Source: Betaproteobacteria bacterium (GTDB taxonomy: Bacteria; Pseudomonadota; Gammaproteobacteria; Burkholderiales; SG8-41). From it: a stretch of DNA of 64,000 nt. The notes beneath the pieces are model-generated. The model was not told the origin of the DNA, did not search any database, and saw only the letters and a program-made list of their open reading frames with translations. This document shows, one piece after another, positions 17,066 through 25,352 of this stretch. The translations under genes and the position numbers were made by a program. The stretch lies in NCBI GenBank assembly GCA_046339595.1, contig JBKDUF010000015.1, positions 18,094 through 82,093 on the forward strand, written 5' to 3'. Position 1 is the first letter of the stretch; each line of letters starts with the position of its first letter.

Positions 17066-19153
17066 GTGAACACGATGCGCGCGCTGCTGGATCCCCGATC
17101 CATCGCCATCCTGGGCGCCTCTGCCGATGCCGCCAAGGTCAATGGCCGCACCCTGAGGTTTCTGCTCGACAAGGGCTATCGCGGCAGCATCTATCCGGTC
17201 AATCCCAAGTACCGTGAGATTGCCGGGCTGCGCTGCTATGCCGATGTCGCCAGCCTGCCGGAGGCGCCGGAACTTGCGGTGATTGCCGTACCTGCCGCGC
17301 AGGTGGCCGAATCAGTGCGTGAGCTTGCGCGCCGGGGCTGCGGCGCCGCAGTGATTTTCAGTTCGGGTTTTGCGGAAATGGGTGAGCAGGGACGCCGCCT
17401 GGAGCTCGAGATGGCCGCCATGGCGCGGGCCTCGGGCATGCGCCTGTGCGGCCCGAACTGCCTGGGACTCATCAATGCCTGGAGCCAGGTCATTGCCACT
17501 TTCGGCCAGTTCGCGGAGGGACCGACGCCGCCTGGACCGGTGTCCTTTGTCACCCAGTCCGGCGCCTTCGGCACTGCGATTGCGGCACTGGCGCGCGAAC
17601 GTTCGCTCGGGCTCGGCTATTTCATCAATACCGGCAACGAATGCGATGTCGATTTTGTGCAGATGATGCGCGCCACCCTCGACGACTCGCGCATCCGCGT
17701 CGGCGCCGGCTATCTTGAAGGCGTGCGCGACGGGGCGGGGCTGCTCGAACTCGCCGGCCATGCGCTGGACAGCGGCAAGCCGCTGGCGCTGACCAAGGTC
17801 GGCCGCACCGGCGCCGGCGCGAAGGCTGCGGCATCGCACACCGGTGCGCTGGCCGGTTCAGATGCCGTGTTCGATGGCCTGATGCGTGGCCGCGGCGTGA
17901 CCCGTGCGCGCAACGAGGAACACCTGCTCGACATCGTGGAAGTGCTTGCCGCAGGGCGCATGCCGCAGGGCTGCGGCATCGGCATCCTGACCCAGTCCGG
18001 CGGTGCCGGTGTGCTGATGGCTGACCGTGCCGAGGAAACCGGCCTGCGCGTTGCTGAGCTGACCGCGCAGACCCGGGAATCGCTGTCCCGGGTGATCCCG
18101 GCCTTTGGCACCACCGTCAACCCGGTCGATGTCACCGGTCAGTTCGTCGCCGATCCCGGCCTCTTGCGCGAGAGCATGCGCGTGCTGATGGCCGATCCGG
18201 GTGTCGATGTCGGTATCGTGTGGCTGCAGTTGATGACCGCACATGCCGACAAGCTTGTCAAAATATTCAAAGAAATCAATTATTTATGTGATAAACCCTG
18301 GATCGTGTGCTGGGTCGCGGCACCCCCCGGGGCATTACGTGCACTGCGCGAAGCCGGCATCCCGGTATTGCGGGGTGCAGAACCGGCGGTGGATGCGGTT
18401 GCGGCATTGGTGCGTCATGCCGAAGCCCGTCGCCACTGGCAGGCGGATGCGCCGGCACGCGCGGCATTGCAACTGCCTGCACTGAAACTCCCGGCGCAGC
18501 CCGGCCCGGTATCCAGCCTCGAAGGTCAGGCGCTGCTGCAGGGCTGCGGCGTGCAGACCGCCGCGGCGAAGCTGGCCGGCAGTGCCGACGCCGCGGTCGC
18601 GGCCGCCGAAGCCCTGGGTTACCCGGTGGTGCTCAAGATCGAATCCCCGGACATCCTGCACAAGACCGAGGCCAAAGGTGTCGCCCTGAACCTGAAGGAT
18701 GCAGCCGCCGTGCGCGTGGCCTTTGAGCGGCTGATCGACAACGCCCGCTCGTACAAGTCCGATGCCCGCATCAGCGGCGTGCTGGTGCAGGCCATGGCAC
18801 GGGGCACGACCGAACTGGTGATCGGCCTGCAGCGTGACCCGACCTTCGGCCCGGTGGTGATGGTCGGGCTGGGCGGGGTGCTGATCGAAGTGTTCAAGGA
18901 TGTGGTGTTCCGCGCCGCCCCGGTCACCGAAGCCGAAGCCCTGCGCATGCTCGACGAACTCAAAAGCAGGGCGGTGCTCGATGGTGTGCGCGGCGCGCCG
19001 CCGGTGGACAGGACTGCGGTGGCGCGGATGGTCAGCGCAGTGTCGCGCCTGGGCGCGGCTGCCGGGCCGCGGCTGCGCGAACTGGATCTGAACCCGGTAT
19101 TGGCCGGTCCGCAGGGCGCGACCGCGGTGGACTGGCTGATGGTGCTGGAATGA
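17066..19153 (+). CDS. ADP-forming acyl-CoA synthetase (acetate--CoA ligase family), copy B
   Basis: 695 aa. The GTG start aligns with the Met of copy A (VNTMRALLDPRS vs MNDALRALLHPQS). It has the AASHTGALAG phosphohistidine loop. The N-terminal ~450 aa are roughly 55-60% identical to copy A by eye, while the C-terminal 243 aa are nearly identical. Confidence 0.85.
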   Translation: MNTMRALLDPRSIAILGASADAAKVNGRTLRFLLDKGYRGSIYPVNPKYREIAGLRCYADVASLPEAPELAVIAVPAAQVAESVRELARRGCGAAVIFSSGFAEMGEQGRRLELEMAAMARASGMRLCGPNCLGLINAWSQVIATFGQFAEGPTPPGPVSFVTQSGAFGTAIAALARERSLGLGYFINTGNECDVDFVQMMRATLDDSRIRVGAGYLEGVRDGAGLLELAGHALDSGKPLALTKVGRTGAGAKAAASHTGALAGSDAVFDGLMRGRGVTRARNEEHLLDIVEVLAAGRMPQGCGIGILTQSGGAGVLMADRAEETGLRVAELTAQTRESLSRVIPAFGTTVNPVDVTGQFVADPGLLRESMRVLMADPGVDVGIVWLQLMTAHADKLVKIFKEINYLCDKPWIVCWVAAPPGALRALREAGIPVLRGAEPAVDAVAALVRHAEARRHWQADAPARAALQLPALKLPAQPGPVSSLEGQALLQGCGVQTAAAKLAGSADAAVAAAEALGYPVVLKIESPDILHKTEAKGVALNLKDAAAVRVAFERLIDNARSYKSDARISGVLVQAMARGTTELVIGLQRDPTFGPVVMVGLGGVLIEVFKDVVFRAAPVTEAEALRMLDELKSRAVLDGVRGAPPVDRTAVARMVSAVSRLGAAAGPRLRELDLNPVLAGPQGATAVDWLMVLE
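18422..19153 (+). repeat. 732-bp near-identical tract shared with 6015..6746
   Basis: See the partner entry at 6015..6746. Identity starts abruptly at gaagcccgtcgcc and stops at the stop codon. Confidence 0.9.
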
Positions 19154-19208
19154 GGGTGCTGGAATGCGGGTGCTCAAATGAAGCAGTGGCGATGAAGGGA
19201 TCCGACTG

Positions 19209-20456
19209 ATGGCCTTGGCATCGAATTCGGCGCTGGCGCCGTTCCGCGTGCGCGCTTTCCGCTTCCAGTGGCCCGCGGATCTGGCGGCCTCCTGGGCATT
19301 CGAGATGGAGACGCTGATCCTCGGCTGGTATGTGCTGACCGAGACGCGGTCGGTACTGATGCTGACCATCTTCGCTTCGCTGCTTTATGTCGGCACGCTG
19401 CTGTCGCCGATGTTCGGCGTGATGGGTGACCGTATCGGTCATCGCAAGGTGTTGTGTGCAATGCGGCTGATGTACGCCGCGCTGGCCTCGGTGCTGATGG
19501 TCGCTGCACTGCTTGGAAAGGTGACGCCAATGCTGGTGCTGGCGGTCACCGCATTGCTGGGGCTGGTAAAACCCTCCGATATCGGCATGCGCACCGCGCT
19601 GGTCGGCGAGACCATGCCGCCAGAGCATTTGATGGCGGCGATGGGTATCCAGCGCACCACCCAGGATTCGGCGCGGATAGCCGGAGCGCTGAGCGGAGCC
19701 GGGCTGGTGGCGCTGCTCGGCATGGGGTACGCCTACGTTGCAGTGGTGGTGTTTTACATCGTCAGCGTGGCGCTGACGCTGAAGGCCGGCGGCGAGCGCA
19801 ATGCGCAACAGGTGAAAACCGCGCAGCAGGCCACGCCCTGGCGCGACCTGCGCGAGGGCATGGGCTATGTCTGGCGCACGCCGCACCTGAAGGCAACGAT
19901 GCTGTTTGCCTTCCTGCTCAACCTGACCGCGTTCCCGTTGTTCACCGGGCTGATGCCTTATGTGGCCAAGGAGGTCTACGGCGCGACCCAGACCACGCTC
20001 GGCACCATGGTGGCTTCAGCGGCCACCGGCTCGCTGATCGGCTCGATTTTCATGAGCCGCTATGGCAATGTGTTTCCGCCGGCACGCGCGATGCTGGTGT
20101 TCGGGGCGCTGTGGCTGGCGGTGCTGGTGGTGTTCGCGCAGACCCGCAGCCCTGCGGCCGGCATCCCGGTGCTGTTTTTTGCGGGCGTGATGCAGACCAT
20201 GGGCCTGATCCCGATCAGTGCCTTGCTGCTGCGCAGCTCGGACCAGCGTTATCGCGGGCGGATCATGGGCATCCGCATGATGGCGATTTACGGCAATCTG
20301 CCCGGCCTTTTGCTGGCCGCACCCCTGATCGCCAACTTCGGCTATGCCGTGATGGCCACGATCTACTGCGTCTTCGGTGTGCTGGCAACGGTGCTCATCG
20401 CCTTGCTGTGGCGTGATGCGCTGTGGCGGCGGGAAGCCATCGCCAACCGCCGCTGA
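19209..20456 (+). CDS. MFS transporter, copy B
   Basis: 415 aa, a hydrophobic multi-span protein. It is a paralogue of 7949..9202. Confidence 0.8.
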   Translation: MALASNSALAPFRVRAFRFQWPADLAASWAFEMETLILGWYVLTETRSVLMLTIFASLLYVGTLLSPMFGVMGDRIGHRKVLCAMRLMYAALASVLMVAALLGKVTPMLVLAVTALLGLVKPSDIGMRTALVGETMPPEHLMAAMGIQRTTQDSARIAGALSGAGLVALLGMGYAYVAVVVFYIVSVALTLKAGGERNAQQVKTAQQATPWRDLREGMGYVWRTPHLKATMLFAFLLNLTAFPLFTGLMPYVAKEVYGATQTTLGTMVASAATGSLIGSIFMSRYGNVFPPARAMLVFGALWLAVLVVFAQTRSPAAGIPVLFFAGVMQTMGLIPISALLLRSSDQRYRGRIMGIRMMAIYGNLPGLLLAAPLIANFGYAVMATIYCVFGVLATVLIALLWRDALWRREAIANRR

Positions 20457-20499
20457 AAACGGCCTGCTACGGCGTTACCTTTTTCATGCGCGGCTGCTT

Positions 20500-21771
20500 T
20501 CAGCACACCACAGGCAGCTCTTCCCAGCGCGTGGTATACCGCGGCGTGCGCCTTGCCGACTGCATACGCCAGGACTGCGCGATGCCGGCGCCGGCGAACG
20601 TGGCGGTATTCATGCCCCAGGTCCTGTTGATGGCGTCGAGTGTCGCCATCAGTTTCGCCGAGCGCTGCCGCTCGTAGCCGGAAAACAGGTCGCCCTGGGG
20701 TGCTGCCGCGGGCTGCAGACCTTCCAGACTGACACCGGCTTTCTTGTAGCGGTATCCCGGCCGGTAGATCTGCGCCAGGCCGTGCAGCGCGGTGGCGATC
20801 AGGCGACGGGTGTCGTCGCTGGCCACCGTCAGCGGCACCTCGACCGCGCAGCTGTAGCGTTCGCCATCGCCCTGGAATTTTCCGGTATCGACGAAGACGC
20901 CGACGCGGCTGCAGCTGGCCTGCTGCGCGCGCATCCGCTCCGCGGCGCGGACCACGTAGCTTGACACCGCTTCGCGCAGTTCCAGCGGCGTGGTCACGGG
21001 CCGGCCGAAGCTGCGGCTGGCGGTGACCTGGTGTTTGCGCACGGCGGTTTCCTCCAGCGTGATGCAGGGCACGCCGTTGAGTTCGGCAAGGGTGCGCTCG
21101 AGGATCACGTTGTGGCGACGGCGGATCAGTTTCGGCGGCGCGCGCTTCAGGTCCAGCGCGCTGCTGAGGCCCATCGCGTTGAGCTGCGGCGCGAGGCGGC
21201 GGCCCACACCCCAGACCTCACCGATGTCGATGCCGGCCATGACCGTGTCCTGCTGTGCCGGCGGCAGTGCGTCCCAGTCGAAACTGCCCTGGTATTCATC
21301 GCGGGTCTTGGCGACATGGTTGGCGAGCTTGGCCAGCGTTTTGGAGGCGCCGAAGCCGACGCAGGTCGGCAGCCCCAGGCAATGCAGGATGCGCCTGCGG
21401 ATGGCGGGGCCCAGCACGGCGCTGTCGAAGGCCACACCGCTGAAGTCGAGAAAACACTCGTCAATGGAATAGATTTCGCGCTGCGGCGCGAATTCGCCGA
21501 GCAGGGCCATCATCCGCGCACTCATGTCGCCATACAGCGCGTAATTGGAGCTGAGCCAGATCAGGCCGCGGCCGCGGGTCAGCGCGCGCACCTCGAAAAA
21601 CGGCACGCCCATGCGGATGCCCAGCGCCTTGGCCTCGTTGCTGCGCGACACCACGCAGCCGTCATTGTTGGACAGCACCACGACCGGCTGGCCCTCAAGC
21701 CCGGGGTCGAACACGCGCTCGCAGGACACGTAGAAGTTGTTGGCGTCGACCAGTGCGATGCGGCGGACCAT
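20500..21771 (-). CDS. umuC: Y-family DNA polymerase V catalytic subunit
   Basis: N-terminus [23 protein letters not shown]...[19 protein letters not shown], followed by SIDECFLD. Length 423 aa. It lies directly downstream of umuD. Confidence 0.9.
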   Translation of the reverse strand: MVRRIALVDANNFYVSCERVFDPGLEGQPVVVLSNNDGCVVSRSNEAKALGIRMGVPFFEVRALTRGRGLIWLSSNYALYGDMSARMMALLGEFAPQREIYSIDECFLDFSGVAFDSAVLGPAIRRRILHCLGLPTCVGFGASKTLAKLANHVAKTRDEYQGSFDWDALPPAQQDTVMAGIDIGEVWGVGRRLAPQLNAMGLSSALDLKRAPPKLIRRRHNVILERTLAELNGVPCITLEETAVRKHQVTASRSFGRPVTTPLELREAVSSYVVRAAERMRAQQASCSRVGVFVDTGKFQGDGERYSCAVEVPLTVASDDTRRLIATALHGLAQIYRPGYRYKKAGVSLEGLQPAAAPQGDLFSGYERQRSAKLMATLDAINRTWGMNTATFAGAGIAQSWRMQSARRTPRYTTRWEELPVVC

Positions 21772-21780
21772 GGCCGCGGC

Positions 21781-22206
21781 TCAGGGTGCGTGAACGACGT
21801 AGGCCACCACGCCCCAGATGTCGAGACTGTGCTCCTCGCTGACGGGGATTTCGGGATAGGCGGGGTTCTCCGGCTGCAGCACGACGCGCCCCCGGCGGCG
21901 GCGCAGGCGCTTCACCGTCAGTTCGCCGTCCAGCGCGGCGACCACCACGCGGCCGGAAGTCGCTTCCAGTGAACGGTCGACAATCAGCAGGTCACCGTCA
22001 TGGATGCCGGCGCCGATCATCGAGTCGCCCTTCACCCGCATGAAAAACGTCGCCTGCGGATGGAGCAGCAGGTGCTCGTTGAGATCGAGCCGGCGGTCGA
22101 GGTGGTCGGTGGCGGGCGAGGGGAAACCGGCCGCGACACGGCCGGCGCACAGGGGCGGCAGCGGGCGCGGAACGGATGCGACGGGGATCGGGGCATCGGG
22201 CTTCAT
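21781..22206 (-). CDS. umuD: LexA-like S24 autopeptidase, polymerase V accessory subunit
   Basis: 141 aa. A cleavage-site-like CAG sits in PPLCAGRVAAGFPSPA, the Ser nucleophile is in VKGDSMIGAGI, and the Lys is in LTVKRL. Confidence 0.9.
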   Translation of the reverse strand: MKPDAPIPVASVPRPLPPLCAGRVAAGFPSPATDHLDRRLDLNEHLLLHPQATFFMRVKGDSMIGAGIHDGDLLIVDRSLEATSGRVVVAALDGELTVKRLRRRRGRVVLQPENPAYPEIPVSEEHSLDIWGVVAYVVHAP

Positions 22207-22207
22207 G

Positions 22208-22227
22208 GACTGTGATTATATACAGTC
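22208..22227 (-). promoter_or_regulatory. LexA (SOS) operator of umuDC
   Basis: The minus strand reads GACTGTATATAATCACAGTC, which is CTGT-N8-ACAG. It ends 1 nt upstream of the umuD ATG, and a TATAAT hexamer sits inside the box. Confidence 0.85.
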
Positions 22228-22253
22228 CATGAAGCCCGCGCAGGTGACCGGAT

Positions 22254-23264
22254 TCAGTCCCGTTTCAGGCCCGCGCTCTTGATCATCCTCGCGTTCTTGT
22301 CGAGTTCCTCGCGCAGGAAGGCGGTGAACTGCTCGGGGCTACCGGGAGCGAAGCTGCCGCCTTCGATGGTGACGCGTTTTTTGACTTCGGCATCGTCCAT
22401 TGATTTCAGCAGTGCGCCGTGCAGCGTGCTGATAATGTCGGCGGGCACTTTAGCCGGGGTCAGCAGCGCATACCACTGCGTGAATTCATAGTTCGGCACG
22501 CCGGCTTCGTGCAGGGTCGGGATGTTCGGCACCAGCGGCGAGCGTACGGTGCTGGTGATCGCAATGCCGCGCATGCGGCCGGATTCGAGATGGGGCAGCG
22601 TGGTGGTCGGGCCGGCAAAGGCCATGTCGACCTGGCCGGCAATCAGTTCGGTGGCGAAGATCGAGGTGCCCTTGTACGGCACATGCAGCAGATCGACCTT
22701 GGCCATGGCCTTGAACAGCTCGCCGGCGAGGTGCGAAGTGCCGCCGATGCCGGAGGAGGCATAGGTCAGCTTGCCGGGACGCGACCTCAGCACCGCGAGC
22801 AGCTGCTTGAGGTTGGTGGCCGGCACCGAGGGATGCACGACCAGGATGAAGGGAATCTTCGCGAACACGCTGACCGGTGCGAAGTCGCGCAGCGTGTCGT
22901 ACGGCGGCTTGCCTTCGCCCCATACCGGGCTGATCACCAGCGGGCCCGAGCTGCCCCAGAGCAGGGTGTAGCCATCAGGCGCGGCGCGTGCGACATGATC
23001 AGTGCCGATGCGGCCGGAGGCGCCGGCGCGGTTGTCGATGACGAATGGCTGGCCGAGCAGCTGGCCCATGCGCTGGCCGGCGGCACGGGCGAAGGAGTCG
23101 GTGGCGGCACCCGGCGGGAAGGGCACCACGAGGGTGACCGGGCGGCGCGGATAGCCCTGCGCCTGTGCATGCCAGCTGGTGAGCAGTGCGGCGAGTAGCG
23201 GCAGTGACAGCAGCGCCAGCTTCAGCAGCCGGAGGTTATCATAAGTCATTGTTTTAATTGACAT
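22254..23264 (-). CDS. Bug/TctC-family substrate-binding protein
   Basis: 336 aa with signal peptide ...LALLSLPLLAALLTSWHAQAQ. Blocks VPFPPGAATDSFAR, DGYTLLW and VPYKGT are present. The start may instead be the second Met (residue 6). Confidence 0.85.
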   Translation of the reverse strand: MSIKTMTYDNLRLLKLALLSLPLLAALLTSWHAQAQGYPRRPVTLVVPFPPGAATDSFARAAGQRMGQLLGQPFVIDNRAGASGRIGTDHVARAAPDGYTLLWGSSGPLVISPVWGEGKPPYDTLRDFAPVSVFAKIPFILVVHPSVPATNLKQLLAVLRSRPGKLTYASSGIGGTSHLAGELFKAMAKVDLLHVPYKGTSIFATELIAGQVDMAFAGPTTTLPHLESGRMRGIAITSTVRSPLVPNIPTLHEAGVPNYEFTQWYALLTPAKVPADIISTLHGALLKSMDDAEVKKRVTIEGGSFAPGSPEQFTAFLREELDKNARMIKSAGLKRD

Positions 23265-23288
23265 ATTCTTTCCGTTTGATTGCTGCTG

Positions 23289-25352
23289 TTAATTACCGTT
23301 GCGACGGATCCGTTCCGAGAAATCGCGGGCGAAGACCTGTTTCTCTCCCTGTTCACCGCGTTCATAGGCCTCAAGCCGCGCCGCGACGATGAAGTCCTTC
23401 TTGTCACAGGCCACTTTCGTGCGCATCTCCGTGCGGGTGCCCCAGTCGCCGCGTTCGAACAGCCAAGTCCAGGTGACTTCGGCTTCGCAGGCCAGCGGAT
23501 CGCCTTCAACGATGCGGTAGCGCTCGGTCGAGCGCGCTTCGGCGATCAGGTTGTCAATGTCGTCGTAACGGCTGCGTCCGCTGGAGTCGGTGACTTCCAC
23601 AATGGTTTCGTTTTTGCCCATGTCGGTGCGCACGATGCGGTTGCGGCCGCCGGGTGCGAGTGGCGTGCGCTTGAACGGCGGTGCGGCTTCGACCGGCTTG
23701 AATTTCACTTTTGCATCTTCCTTGCGCGGCGGACGCACCGGCAACTCGATGAAGCTCTTGCCGGCATGCAGTGTCAGCGTCACCGGTTCCGGCGACGGCC
23801 AGATCAGCGGCCAGTAGGTGGTGGACACGGCCACCCGCAGGCGATGGCCCTTGACGAAGGAATAACCGGCGTCGGCGAGCGGCACGCGCACGGTGTAACG
23901 CTGTCCCGGCTTGAGCCGGATCGGCTTGTCGGCGCCGTTGAGGTGGGTCAGATTGAACACACCGTAGGTGACGCGGGTCGAAGCACCGTCGGGCGCAACA
24001 TCGCAGAGCCGTACACAGATGAAGGCGGTGGGCCGGTCCACCGACAGCGTCAGTGTCGCCACCGGCGTGCCGAGGATTTCGGTGGTCTTTGCCAGCGGTG
24101 CGCCGTCGAAGCCGATCGACTGGCCGTCATCGGCACGCTGGTCGCCGGGCATCTCGGGGCTGGCGCCATGCTGGAACCAGGGCATCAGCTCGCCGCAGTT
24201 GAGGCCGAGCGTCTGCGGGGTGCAGGCGACGATTTTCGCGGCTTTGCCCTTATTTTTGTCTGCATGTTCACCAAGCTGACCGCCGCTGTTGAGTGACAGG
24301 CGCATGGGCTTGATGCGTGGCGAAGGCCATTGCGCTTCGGCCACCCAGCGGCCGGGGGATTCGGCGTAATAGTTTTTGGCCGGCACCGCCTGCGGCATCC
24401 ATGCGGTGAGCATCGGCTCTTTCATGATGCCGCAGCTTTTATCCTGCCCCGGTTTGCCACGCATCCAATGGTCGAACCAGCGCAGCGTTTCCTGCAGGAA
24501 GCCGATCGCCGGTCCCGGCACGCCGAGGTGGCCGAAGCGGTGGCCCCAGGGGCCGATCAGGCCCTTGCGCGGCACCTTGAGCTTGGTCAGGGCCTCGCCG
24601 ACCGCGCCGACATAGGAGCTGTCGGCCCAGCCGCTGACGGCGTAGAACGGACACTGGATACGATCGAAGTCGATGGCGCGGCTTTTCCAGTACTCGCCGT
24701 AGTTCTGGTGCTGCAGCGCCGAGATGATCTGCGGCACATTGCCCTCGAGACGCGCCAGCCACATCGCACGCCATTGATCGCCGACCTGCAGCGGATCGGG
24801 CGGGCGGGATTTGTAGCCGAACATCTGCGTCGACCAGCGGATCGAGCGCAGCAGCACCGAGCCACCGCGGAAGACCTGGCTGTAGGTGTAGCGGTCGGGC
24901 GCGAAGGAGCAGGGCACGATGGCCTTCAGTTCCTTGGGCGCACGGTAGGCGGTCTGGATCGCCTGGAAGCCGCCCCAGGAAATGCCGAACATGCCCACCT
25001 GGCCGTCGCTCCAGGGCTGGGCGGCGATCCACTTCAACACTTCCAGGGTGTCGTCCTGTTCCTGTTTCATTGCGAACACGCCCTGCACGCCGTCGGAATC
25101 ACCGGAGCCGCGGATGTCCACACGCATGCAGGCATAGCCATGGCCGGCGAAATAGCGGTGGTGCATCGCGTCGCGCGGCGCATAGATGTCGCGCTTGCGG
25201 TAGGGCAGCACCTCAATGATGGTCGGCACCGGCTTGCTTGCCGCGCAATCCGGCAGCCACAGCTTGGCGGCCAGCCTCGCACCGTCGGGCATCGGGATCC
25301 AGCAATCATCGGTTTCGGTCCAGCGGTGGGGGAAGGTGGTGATGGTTTTCAT
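23289..25352 (-). CDS. CocE/NonD-family (S15 X-Pro dipeptidyl-peptidase-like) serine hydrolase
   Basis: Taken from ORF 23289..25592, with the start moved to the ATG at 25352 (MKTITTFPHRW). The region LPYRKRD...VDIRGSGDSDG is followed by the nucleophile elbow GISWGG and a large C-terminal beta domain. The product is about 687 aa. Confidence 0.75.
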   Translation of the reverse strand: MKTITTFPHRWTETDDCWIPMPDGARLAAKLWLPDCAASKPVPTIIEVLPYRKRDIYAPRDAMHHRYFAGHGYACMRVDIRGSGDSDGVQGVFAMKQEQDDTLEVLKWIAAQPWSDGQVGMFGISWGGFQAIQTAYRAPKELKAIVPCSFAPDRYTYSQVFRGGSVLLRSIRWSTQMFGYKSRPPDPLQVGDQWRAMWLARLEGNVPQIISALQHQNYGEYWKSRAIDFDRIQCPFYAVSGWADSSYVGAVGEALTKLKVPRKGLIGPWGHRFGHLGVPGPAIGFLQETLRWFDHWMRGKPGQDKSCGIMKEPMLTAWMPQAVPAKNYYAESPGRWVAEAQWPSPRIKPMRLSLNSGGQLGEHADKNKGKAAKIVACTPQTLGLNCGELMPWFQHGASPEMPGDQRADDGQSIGFDGAPLAKTTEILGTPVATLTLSVDRPTAFICVRLCDVAPDGASTRVTYGVFNLTHLNGADKPIRLKPGQRYTVRVPLADAGYSFVKGHRLRVAVSTTYWPLIWPSPEPVTLTLHAGKSFIELPVRPPRKEDAKVKFKPVEAAPPFKRTPLAPGGRNRIVRTDMGKNETIVEVTDSSGRSRYDDIDNLIAEARSTERYRIVEGDPLACEAEVTWTWLFERGDWGTRTEMRTKVACDKKDFIVAARLEAYERGEQGEKQVFARDFSERIRRNGN

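Noticed and set aside
13813-22250. Idea that tRNA-Leu anchors an integrated genomic island carrying the DUF294 pair, synthetase B, MFS B and umuDC.
   Set aside because: There is no integrase, no recognisable direct repeat of the tRNA 3' end at a distal boundary and no mobility genes. Composition looks like the rest of the window.
22229-22282. 17-codon mini-ORF MKPAQVTGFSPVSGPRS on the plus strand, mirroring the umuD start.
   Set aside because: It exists only because the palindrome duplicates ATGAAGCCCG. It overlaps the 3' end of the Bug gene and has no SD. It is mentioned in the palindrome finding but not called as a gene.
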